The notes under the pieces: model-generated
What the model was told of the DNA's origin: nothing
The model's input: only the letters and a program-made list of their open reading frames with translations
Database searches by the model: none
Position numbers and translations under genes: made by a program
Part shown: positions 11,147 through 23,100 of the stretch, in pieces
How the letters are laid out: each line of letters opens with the position of its first letter
Numbering within the stretch: the first letter of the stretch is position 1
NCBI RefSeq assembly: GCF_963506605.1
Contig: NC_083278.1
Location: 120,466,001 to 120,529,522 of the forward strand
Direction of reading: 5' to 3'
Length of the DNA stretch: 63,522 nucleotides
Origin: Zootoca vivipara
Lineage: Eukaryota

Positions 11147-14100
11147 GGCCGAGTCGCTCCTCCAGAGCCGAGATCGGAGGAGTCGGGCAGCCGCTCGTCT
11201 TCCTTCTCATCACCGCCGGAGCCCACCCAGGACGGATCCCTTCCCAGCCCCGCTCACTGGCTGGAGATGAAGGAGGCGAAGCTCACCGCCGGCAAGACCC
11301 CTGCCCGGGAGGAGGAGGAGGCGAGGGAAGGTGAGGAGGGGCTGCGTGGGGCCTTGCGATTCTTCCTCTCTCACAGCCCGGCTCTTGAGCTTGGCACCTT
11401 CCTCTTCCGGAAAAGCCCAGAGCCTTTGCTGGGTGGGAGGTATACATATTTTCTGGCGTATAAAACGACTGGGCGCATGGACGTACCCAGCGCGGGGCAG
11501 GAGGGGGCAGCTGCCCCCTAGAAGCAGGGCCGGTGCATGAGAGAGGCACTGCTGACGGGGCTGGTGGACAGAGGCGGAGCACAGCCCGGCGGAGCGCGAG
11601 TTCGGCGTTCCGGCCCACCGCGCTGCGCCCTCCCTCCAGCTCTCCGCCGCGCCCTCCGGCAAGGCCAAGCATGGCGGGGAACCAGAGAGCGCGACGGGAA
11701 GCTGGAGGGCGCGGCGGGCGGGAGCGCCGAATTCGCGCTCCGCTGGGCTGTGCTTCTCCTCCTCCGCCTGCCTCTGGAGACTCCCCCACTGCTGCTGATC
11801 CTGCTTCTGCACCAAAAATAACCAGGGAGGGAAGGGAGGAAGCGCGCGGGGCAGGAAGCTGCTGAGTTCAATGGGACTTGCTCCCAGGGAACAGCGCACA
11901 AGAGGGCAAGCTTCTTAGCGCCCGCTCTGCCAAGCAGCACTAATGTGGTGGTCTTTTAAGGTGCCCTGCCTGCTCAGAAGCACACTCCTTTTTTCTTTTC
12001 CCCTCCTCTGAATGCAGGATCCTGCTGCCGCCGATCCTGCTGCTGAACTGCGTTCAGAGGAGGGGAAAAGAAAATGCACGTAGAGTGCATTGCAGTAATC
12101 CAAGCAGGAGATAACCAGAGCATGTACCACTCTGGCGAGACAGTCTGCGGGCAGGGAGCGTACCAGTCTGTGTACCAGATGGAGCTGGTAGACAGCTGCC
12201 CTGGATACAGAATTAACCTGTGCCTCCATGAACAGCTGTGAGTCCAAAATGACTCCCAGGCTGTGCACCTGGTTTTTCAGGGGCACAGTTACCCCATTCA
12301 GGACCGGGAAGTCCCCAACACCTACCCGCCCCCTGTCCCCCAAGAATAGTACTTCTGTCTTGCTTGTCAGGATTCAACCTCAATCTGTTAGCCGCCATCC
12401 ATCCTCCAACCGCCTCCAGGCACTTACACAGGACATTCACTGCCTTCACTGGTTCTGATTTAAAAGAGAGATAGAGTTGGGTGTCATCCGCATACTGATG
12501 AACACCCAGCCCAAACAATAACAATCACAATAACAGTAACATTTATACAGTACTTCACCTATCTGGCTGGGTTTCCCCAGCCACTCTGGGCAGCTCCCAA
12601 CAGAATATTAAAAACACGATAAAGTATCAAACATAAAAACTTCCCTTAACAGGTCTGCCTTCAGATGTCTTCTTGAAGTCTATACGTTATATATAACAGG
12701 GACATCCAACTTGCAAGAGACTGCAATCTGCTCACAGTATACGATCGACCAGTAGATCGCGATTGACCTGTTGTATGTGCCTGCCATACATTATAGAATG
12801 AAATAATAATACAGTGGTACCTCAGTCTATAAACAGTCCTGTTAAGAAACTGTTCGGGCAACGAACTCCGTAAAACCGAACTTTGCCCCGGAAGCCAAAT
12901 AGTGGAAGGGCACCGGTGACAGGAGGCCTCAGTAGGGAAAGCGCACCTTGGTTTAAGAGCGCTTTCGGCTTAAGAATGGACTTCCGGAACGAATTAAGTT
13001 CGTAGACCGAGGTACCACTATAATATACTTTACACGCCCCCCCCCAAACCACTTGTCTCAGTCTCTCTCCTCCTCTTAGCTGGGGATTCCCTTTCCAAGG
13101 CAAAGCACAAGCAGGAAAACAAAGATGTAGGCGATGACAAGGATCTCCCCCAAAAGAAGCAGAAATCTGGTGAGTGGATTCTACTTGGGTTCCTTTCTCT
13201 GGGTCCCTGCATGCTCCTGGCTCTCCTGCAAGGAGCAGGGCTGGAGGCTCCCTGCCCACCTACTCAGCTCAGTTCCTTCTGATGTGAGGGGGCTGCCCAT
13301 CCCTGTCCCTTGGAGCTCTACACTTTGAGCTTCGCTGCTCCCAAGTAATGGGAGCCCCTCATGAACTATTCCTCTTCCTGTGTTGGAGGTTGAGCCCATG
13401 TTGGGGCGGTCACTTCCCTTGACCTCCATCTCTCCAAGGTTCAGGGTTGTGGTGAAGGGTTGATGGTCCTGGCTGCAGAGGCAAACCTTCACTGCTGTTT
13501 TTCCTTGTCCCAGGGAAATGGCAGCAGATGGGGCGACAGCCTCATCTCAAGCCCAAGTGTGACCATAGGAAAAGAGACGCACCGGTATATGCAGCAGGTA
13601 AAACAGGACCCCGACATCGCAGCTGCTTGGTGAGGACAGAAGCCAAGAAACCAGAGCCTTCGTCCTCTAGACCCCAGGACCTTTGGCAAAGGGGCGGGGC
13701 CTCTTATCTGCCCTCCCTGTGTGCAGCCAGGAGTGGAGCATAGCTGAAGAAGCAGGCAGAAGGGGTTGTAGGGGTGCATAATTGGGAGGGTGGGGTGCAG
13801 AAAGCCAGTAAGCGTGACTGTGTCCCTAAGCATAGAAAGACGAGCCCTGCAGCAGGTGGGCCAGGCCAAGATGCCCCAGTGGGAAGCCCACAGGCCAGGT
13901 GAGAGGGCTGCCCCACTCAGGGCCAGCCAGGAACCTGAAGATGCTGAGTCAGACCCTTCTTCTGCTCCGCCAGGCAGCCTGGAAGAGCAGTGGCAGCTGG
14001 AGATCCTGAGCAGAGGCCGCGTCACTTGCCCCACCTGCAGGGCTGTCGTGAGGAAGACGGTGGAAGGGCTGAAGAAGCACATGACCAACTGCCAGCATGT

Positions 14101-17100
14101 GAGCAGACGGGGTGGGGCGGGGTGGGACCTTATCCTTTTCCTAGGCAATCCCTGGGGATCCTTCCAACCCTGCAACTCCCTCTCAAGCCATGGGCGTAAC
14201 AATGTCATAAGAAACCTGCTCCATCAGGCCAAGGGAAGTCCACCTCATCCTGCTTCCTGTCTCCCACATCTGCCAGCCAGTTACTCCTGGAAAAACCCCA
14301 GGAGCAGCTCCCCCCGCACTACCCCCCATCCTGCCAGCAGCTCTTGCTCAGAGGTGAACCATTTCGCCCTGGAATTCAAGGGGATCCTGCCAGCCCTCCT
14401 TCTCCCCCGCATCCCAGGGGGTGTCCCTTGTGGGATTGCTTGCATAGTGCTTGCATTGTTCTTGGCCGTTGAGACGGAGGGTTCAGTGAAGCAGCTTCTG
14501 CTCTGCAGGTCTGCATGAGAGGAAAGCACCGGAGGGAGCACCCAGGGTCCCCAACTTTTGTGTCCAGGGCAGCTGTCTATCAGCTCCATCTGGTATGCAG
14601 GCTGAGACCCTACCTGCCTGCAGACTGTCTCGCCAGAGTGGTGCATGCTCTTAGTTATCTCTCGCTTGGACTACTGCAGTGCGCTCTACGTGGGGCTACC
14701 TTTGAAGGTGACCCAGAAACTACAACTAATCCAGAATGCGGCAGCTAGACTGGTGACTGTCTCTTTAAGCAGAGCCTTGACAGGCATATGTCAAGAATGC
14801 TTTGATGGTGTTTCCGGCTTGGCAGGGGGTTGGACTGGATGGCCCTTGTGGTCTCTTCCAACTCTATGATTCTATGACTGGGAGCGGCCCCCGAGACCAC
14901 ATAACACCGGTCTTAAAAGATCTACATTGGCTCCCAGTACGTTTCTGAGCACAGTTCAAAGTGTTGGTGCTGACCTTTAAAGCCCTAAATGGCCTTGGTC
15001 CTGTATACCTGAAGGAGCATCTCCACCCCCATCGTTCAGCCCGGACACTGAGATCCAGCGCCGAGGGCCTTCTGGCAGTTCCCTCGTCGTGGGAAGCCAA
15101 GTTACAGGGAACCAGGCAGAGGGCCTTCTCGGTAGTGGCACCCGCCCTGTGGAACGCCCTCCCATCAGATGTCAAAGAGAAAAACAACTACCAGACTTTT
15201 AGAAGACATCTGAAGGCAGCCGTGTTTAGGGAGGCTTTAAATGTTTAATATATTATTGTATTTTATTTTTCTGTTGGAAGCCGCTGAGAGTAGCTGGGGA
15301 AACCCAGCCAGATGGGCGGGTAATAAATAATAAATCCTTCTTCTTCTTCTTCTTCTTCTTCTTCTTCTTCTTCTTCTTCTTCTTCTTCTTCTTCTTTATT
15401 TATTTATTTTGTAAAATTTATATACAGCTTGTTTGTAAGACAAAGCTCAAAGCACTTTACAAAAAAAAGGTAACAGTCAAATTATCACTAAAAACAAAGA
15501 CCCATAATTTTTAAATGCAGAAATTAAACCCATAGTAGAATAGAGCAGAGCAAGTCAGTTTCAGGGATTGGAGGGGGGACACACATTCAGACTCCAAACT
15601 CCAGGAGCAAGGACTAACGGGAGATGTTCCCACAGCCTGAGCTGCCCAGATGCTGGCTGTGAGGGACAGGGGATATCGCGAAGTCCCTCCCCTCCTGAGT
15701 TCAAGCCCGTCCCCGAGCAAAGGGGAAAGCAGGGAGAGTTCCGATTCCAGTGGGGAAGCAGGAAGTCGTGTCCGAGGCTCAGGCAAGGTAGAGGAGCCAG
15801 GGTCCCAGGTGGGACAGGAAGGGGCAAGCAAGGGGGGAAGACCCATCCCTCCAACTCCAGAATTACGCAGGAAGAGGAGGGGCAAGAGGATGGGTCTGCC
15901 AAAGCTTTTGTGTTGGAGAAAGACGCGCCAAAAGCCATTAGGAGGTTCTGAAACCGACTGACAACATCGCTCCGTGTAAATAGCAATGACTTGAGCACTG
16001 TAAATACGCAGCACCAATAAAAGAATAAAATGCAGAGCTGCGTAGCGTCGTTACTCTGAAGTAGTCCACTCAGGCCACTGTGACAGCAACCTCCTAATCC
16101 TTTTTGGGCTACTTCGGAGTTGCCGGGATGAGCGTGTCCGAGGCGGAGAAGTGGCGGCAGATCGCTGAGCAAGCCCAGCTAGAACTGCAACAGCTGTCGC
16201 TGCAGGCGCAGGGAGAATTGAAGGCAGCTAAAGAGGAGACTAAGAAGGTCCAGGACGACCGGCTACAACTTGCGGAACAGGTGAGAGAGCTCCAGGAAAA
16301 AGAGCAGCATTTAAGGGCGGTGGCGGTAGACCTCCAAAACAAGCTGGATGCAGAGAAAAACAAGGCGGGAGGGGCTCCCCAAGTCCAAGTGCTGCCAGGA
16401 AGGAGAGCAGGGACCCTTGTAAGCAAGTTCAATGGAGACCCGAAGGAGTTTCAGGGCTTTGAGACTGAGATCGTGTATGCTCTTGAGCTGCACCAGAATG
16501 AGTTCCCCGATGATGAGCACAGAGTAGCGTTTATTGTGGAACATCTCACCGGAGCAGCCAGGGAGTGGCTAAGACCATTAATCGCAACCAAGAATCCTTG
16601 CATGAAAAATGTCCAACAATTTCTAGAAGGTTTGAGGACGATGTATTCGTCCGATAGTCATTTGGACCAGACTAAGGAGGAACTGCATAATTTACGCCAA
16701 GGAAATATGACAGTTCGCGCATATTGGGCGAAATTCACCATGCTGGTGCACAGACTGGGGTGGGTTTTGGATTCGCCTCCCATGCAAGCTGCGTTTTACT
16801 TGGGTTTGAGCGAGGAGGTGAAGGATGAACTCTCGAGAGGTCCAAAGCCCAGTACTATGGATCAGCTGAGCAAAGCAGCTCTGGCGGTGGGGGTGAGGCA
16901 GGAATCCCGGTGGAACGACAAGCAAGCGACGCGCGCAAAGCGGGCTTGGTTCCCACGGTCGCAGGAGAAGCCACTCCCTCAACAACCCTTTCAAGCCACG
17001 CCTGGAGCCAGCCAGGACCAGGAGCCCATGCAGATTGATAGCGCGCGCGCGCGGGCTTTTCAAACCCCAGCGGCGCCAAGACGCAAGGAGGGAAGGGGCG

Positions 17101-20100
17101 GGAATTGCTTTCTCTGCAACTCACCCCAGCATCTCGTCAGAGACTGCCCACATCGCAGGGAGTGGCAAGGAAAGGCGGGAACGGTGGTGCCCTCCCCCAC
17201 TGACGCAGCACCACAGCAGGGAAACGGGAAAGCCTGGCTGCAGGAGACAAGGGGCAGCAGCCAGGCACAGTCAGCAGACAACAGCCCCAGCCCGCCCACC
17301 CGCACAGAGAGGTGCAGAGCCAGCCCACCCCTCCCAGAGCAGGAGTGGTTCTAGAAGTGACGCTAACGCTCCCAAATGGCTATCCCCTGACAGTCCTTGC
17401 CTTAATTGACAGTGGGGCGTCCGCCAACTTCTTCTCGAGCAGCTTTGCAGAAGAGCACCAAATCCAGCTTTTGCAGTTGGATTTTCCTCTGCACGTGGCA
17501 ACCATTGACGGCAGGGAGCTGCTGGGAGGGGCCATCACACATCAAACCCCCCCCATGAGAATGACGGTGGGAAGGCACTCAGAGACATTGGCGTTCAACG
17601 TCACCACCATCTCAGACCCCCCCATCGTCTTGGGCATGAGCTGGCTGGCGCGCCACGACCTCTCCATCAGTTGGCACCAGAGGTGCATCACGTTTGGGTC
17701 GGACTTTTGTCTGGAACATTGCATGCAGCACCAACCAGGGGAGGGGCCTCCAATAGCCACGGTGGCCACCATGCATATCAAAGGGGGTGAGGCAATACCC
17801 AAGCAGTACTGGGACCTGCAGGAGGTCTTCAGCGAAGCGGAGTCCGACCACCTACCCCCGCACAGGCCTTTTGACTGCCAGATCAACCTGGTGCCAGGGG
17901 CTACGATACCCCCAGCCAAGCTGTACGCCATGTCAGACCAGGAGCTGGAGGATCTGCGCGCTTTCATCGACAAGAACCTCAAGCGGGGGTTCATAAGGGA
18001 AAGCAAGGCAGCAGGGGGCAGCCCGGTCTTCTGGGTGGACAAGAAAGACACGCAACAGCGCCGTCTTGTGGTGGACTTTAGACGGCTGAATTCGGTGACA
18101 GAGCCAGTGGCTTTCCCCATGCCCAGAGTGGATGATCTCCTGACAGCGGCACGCAGGGGCAAGATTTTCACCAAGCTGGACCTAAGGGGGGCGTACAACT
18201 TGATCAGGATCCGGGAAGGAGATGAATGGAAAACCACGATGTTCACGCCTCTGGGCTCTTTTGAATATCTGGTGATGCCCTTCGGTTTGCAAGGGGGCTC
18301 AGCATGCTTCCAGGCCTTCATGCACCACGTCCTGGGGTCCCTCCTCTTCAGGAAATGCTTGGTCTTCCTAGATGACATCCTTATCTACTCGAATGACCCA
18401 GTGCAGCATGTGAAAGATGTCAGAGAGGTGTTGCAACGCCTGAAGGAGAACCACCTGTATGTGAAGCTGGAGAAGTGCAAGTTTCACACCAAAGAGGTGG
18501 ACTTCCTGGGCTACAAGCTGTCAGACAAGGGGCTGGCGATGGACAAGGACAAGGTGCAGGCCATCCTGGACTGGCACAGCCCCAGGACGCGCAAAGATGC
18601 CCAACGCCTACTAGGCTTCGCTAACTTCTACAGGAAGTTCATCAAGAACTTCTCTCGCGTTACGGCTCCCATCACGGACTGCCTGAGAGGCAAGCAGAAG
18701 TTCAAGTGGACACCAGAGGCGCAAGCAGCGTTCGAAAGCCTCAAGAGAGTGTTCGCCTCAGACCAAAACCTGTTCCATGTGGTGCAGGACGCGCCCCTAC
18801 GCATTGAGACAGATGCTTCTGAAAAAGCTGTGGGCGCAATTTTGTTGCAACTGGACGCCAACAGGGAGTGGAGACCCTGTGCCTTCTTCTCCAGGAAGCT
18901 GACACAGCCTGAACGCAACTACACAGTGTTTGATAGGGAACTTCTTGCGATCTACGCTGCGTTCCAGCACTGGCGACACTTCCTGGTGGGCGCAAAGCAC
19001 CCCATCCAGGTGTGCACAGACCACAAGAACCTGGAGTTCTGGAGAACTGCCAGGGTGCTCAACCAGCGGCAGATACGGTGGGCAGAGTTCTTCTCGAACT
19101 TCAACTTCTCCATCCACTACATCCCGGGGGAGCAGAATGTCAGGGCGGATGCCCTCTCCCGCAAGCCAGAGTACATGGAGGAGGAGGCGCCACCAGCCCC
19201 AAGGCACATTTTCCCCCCGTCGGCATGGTCCTGCGGAGCAGCTGTGGTGAGCGAGGCAGAACTCACAGCTCTGACGGCAGCGGATGAATTTGCCAACCGC
19301 ATCCTCAGAGAACTGAGAGGGGGGAGGGAGCAGGCAAAAGACTTTGCAGAACGCAGAGGGCTGCTTTTCTACAAGGGTGCGCTGTACCTGCCCACCACCC
19401 AGCTTCGACGTACGGTCCTCAAGCAGATGCACGACAACCCTACAGCGGGGCATTTTGGAAGGGACAAAACCGCTCACCTAGTCATGAGACACTTCTGGTG
19501 GCCAGGGGTGCGGGAAGATGTTCGAGACTATGTAAGGGGCTGTACCACCTGCCAGCGGGCGAAGGTGGTCAGAGCAGCGCCACCAGGGTTGCTGGAGCCC
19601 TTAGCCACACCACACAGGCCGTGGGAAGTGGTGTCCATGGACTTCATCACAGATCTGCCTTCGTCCAGGGGTAAGACTGCAGTGTTGGTGGTGGTGGACC
19701 TTATGTCCAAAATGTGTCACTTTATACCGTGTGCCAGGGCAGTCTCGGCAGAAGAGACAGCCAAACTGTTTGTTGATCACATTTTCAGACTGCATGGATT
19801 ACCTTTAAGGGTTATTTCGGATCGTGGCCGCCAATTTGTTTCCAGGTTCTGGCGGCGGCTCATGAACCTCCTGCAGGTGGAGGTCAGCTTGTCGACGGCT
19901 AGACACCCGCAGACCAACGGACAAGCGGAGAGGGTCAACGCCATTCTGCAGCAGTACCTGAGATGCTACGTCAGCCAGCGGCAAACGGACTGGGTGGATC
20001 GCTTGCCACTAGCAGAATTTGCCTACAACAATGCAGTGCACGTCTCCACAGGGGTGTCGCCCTTTAAGGCCAATTACGGGCGCGACCTCAGATCTTTCCC

Positions 20101-23100
20101 AGAGAGGGAGAGGGAGGAGGAGGAGGAGGAGGGCCCACAGGCTGAGGATTGGGCAGAGGAACTGGAGACGGTGCACCAGCAGCTCAGAGAACACTTGGAG
20201 AGGGCCAAGGAAGCGTACAAAAAGGGGGCAGATCGCCACAGGCGACAAGGGGAGGTCATCAGGGTGGGGGACAAGGTGTGGTTGTCCTCGGAGGGCCTTC
20301 CCACCAGAGGGAGGTGCAAAAAGCTGGCACCCAAAAGGCTGGGCCCCTTCACGGTCACGCAACAGGTAAACCCGGTGGCATACAGGCTGGCACTGCCAGA
20401 GGACATGAGGGTGCATCCAGTGTTTCATAGATCGCTGCTGTCGCCGTACAGGGAAAGCAGCAGGCTCCGAGACAGCGAACAAACCCCCGAGGGAGGGGGG
20501 GAGAGGGAAGGCAGGGAGCAACTCAATGAGGCCACGGCCATCCTGGATTCAAGGTGGGGGGTGGGGGGACTGGAGTACCTCATGGCATGGGAGGATGCTC
20601 CACCGTCCCAGAATGAATGGGTCCCAGCCACTCAGATACAGGAGGAATTCTTGGTGGAAGAATTTCACGCCCTCTTTCCCCACAGACCCAAGCCCTGGCA
20701 CATGGAAAGGGAGGGGGAGGAGGAGGAGGCACGGGAGAGCAGCTCACCATGGCGCTGGGAAGCGGAGTTTGAGGAACCAGAGGATGAGGTATGGGTGTCA
20801 CCGAGATCCACCCAGTCTGAGGAAGGAGCAGATTGGCAGAACGTTTTTACCCCCACCAGCTCTGACGCCACGGACTTTTTGGGATTCCCGTCCGCCCAGG
20901 CGGAAGGGGGGGGCTCGCAGGACTGGGGGGAGGTATTCACACCAACGGGCTCGGAGAGCACTGAGTTCTTAGGCTTCCAGTCGTCACCGACACATGGGGG
21001 GGGCCTGGGGAGGGGTGAAGGAGAGCTTGGGAGGGGGGTGGATGTGAGGGACAGGGGATATCGCGAAGTCCCTCCCCTCCTGAGTTCAAGCCCGTCCCCG
21101 AGCAAAGGGGAAAGCAGGGAGAGTTCCGATTCCAGTGGGGAAGCAGGAAGTCGTGTCCGAGGCTCAGGCAAGGTAGAGGAGCCAGGGTCCCAGGTGGGAC
21201 AGGAAGGGGCAAGCAAGGGGGGAAGACCCATCCCTCCAACTCCAGAATTACGCAGGAAGAGGAGGGGCAAGAGGATGGGTCTGCCAAAGCTTTTGTGTTG
21301 GAGAAAGACGCGCCAAAAGCCATTAGGAGGTTCTGAAACCGACTGACAACATCGCTCCGTGTAAATAGCAATGACTTGAGCACTGTAAATACGCAGCACC
21401 AATAAAAGAATAAAATGCAGAGCTGCGTAGCGTCGTTACTCTGAAGTAGTCCACTCAGGCCACTGTGACACTGGCGGTTACTGCTGACATGTGCAATGCC
21501 TTGTGGTCTTCCTAGGAGATGCTCACATGCCACCACTGTGGGAAGCAGCTGCGGTCTCTGGCAGGAATGAAGTACCACATCATGGCAGACCATAACAGCC
21601 TGGTAAGTAGATGCTGCGCACTCCCAGGATGCCTCAGGCAAATGCTTCAGTCCTTGGACCCTTGGAAGCCCAGCCGGCCTGCCTGTATTTCCATCCCCCT
21701 GACACAGTGGCAGTTCAGCCCCAGCAGGTCTTCCTGGGCCTTTGGCCTTGGGTCACCTGCAAGCACAGAATCATAGAGTTGGAAGAGATACCCAAGGGTC
21801 ATCTAGTCCAACCCCTGCAACACAGATATCACAACTGCATCATCCCTGACGGGGCCACCCAACCTCTGATGGAAAATCTCCAAGGAAGGAGAGTCCACCA
21901 CCTTCCCAGGGAGCCCACTTCCCTGTCAAACGGCTCTTGCCTCCAGAAAGTTATTCCTGTGCTTTAGTGGGAGTCTCCTTTCTTGCAATCTGACTCCCTC
22001 GGCTTGGAGCGTCTCCCTGGCCAGCCTTTCCCTTCCCCTTTACGCAGCCAGTGGGGACAGAGGCGGCCGCCTGCGATCTGGGCGAGAGAGGGCGCTTGCG
22101 GAGGGTGCTGAAGCGGATGGGGAAGCTCAAGTGCCCAAGGCAGGTGAGATGGAGCGGCCTGGGCCAGGCTGGGGCAGGGACCTCAGACCGCCTCAGGATC
22201 CTCTCGGTGGATGCGGGGCTGGGCTGACTTGCCTCATTTGGGGCCACCTTCCAGCTGGTGGTGGAGGGGAGACGCAGAGCCCCCCCCCCCCGGCAAGAGT
22301 TGGCTTCCCTCCTTCCTGAGAGCCTGTGCTCCTCCCTGCTCCCCTCCCTCTCTCTTCCCCCAGGGCTGCACAGGCAGCTTCACCAGCGTCCTGGGCTTCC
22401 TCTACCACACGCGGAAGTGCGGGAAGGAGGCTGCCGAGCTGGAGCAGATGGCTCTGAAGTGCCAGCACTGCGGCAAAGCCTACCGCTCCAAGGCGGGCCT
22501 GGCTTACCACCTGAAGATGGAGCATGGCCCGGTGAGTTGCCAGCGGAGGAGCAAAGAGGGGCGGGGGACCCATCTCCCCATCTCTGGCACAAGGCTCAGA
22601 CACTTTGCGGAGGCAGGTGGAAGAGGGGGCGGGGCAACGCCCAGAGAAGCCACTGCAAGCCCCCTCTGCTCTTATGGGGGGTGGGCATTGTCACTTGCAG
22701 AGAGCCTTCGCTACCCCTTTCTGAGCTGGCAGTGGTAGGTGTTTGGCCAGAACATAAGAACTAAGAGGAGCCTGCTGGATCAGGCCAGTGGCCCACCCAG
22801 TCCAGCATCCTGTTCTCACAGCGGCCAACCAGTGCCTGTGGGAAGCCAGCAAGCAGGATCTGAGCACAAGAGCCCTGAGCCTCTCCTGCTGCGGCTTCTG
22901 GCCACTGGCATTCAGAAGCATTGCTGCCTCTGACTGGAGACAGAGCAGAGCCATGGCAACTGTTAGCCATCGAAAGCCCAGCCCTCCATTCCTTTTTTAA
23001 ACCCACCCACATTGGTGGCCATTGCTGCCTCCTGTGGGGGGGAGTTCCACAGTTTGCACTTTCACTTTTACTGTCCTTTTAGCCTTCAGCTTCATGGAAT

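Larger units (their letters stand above)
15658..21470 (+). mobile_element. Full-length Ty3/Gypsy chromovirus (Tf1/sushi-like) LTR retrotransposon in a ZNF512 intron
   Basis: Two 428-bp TG...CA LTRs (15658-16085, 21043-21470), 5-bp TSD CTGGC (15653-15657 and 21471-21475), polypurine tract at ~21029-21042, intact gag and pol. Confidence 0.98.

Noticed and set aside
16128-21346. Domesticated PEG10/RTL1-like host gene
   Set aside because: Flanked by matching LTRs, a TSD and a PPT with a complete integrase, so it is a mobile element.
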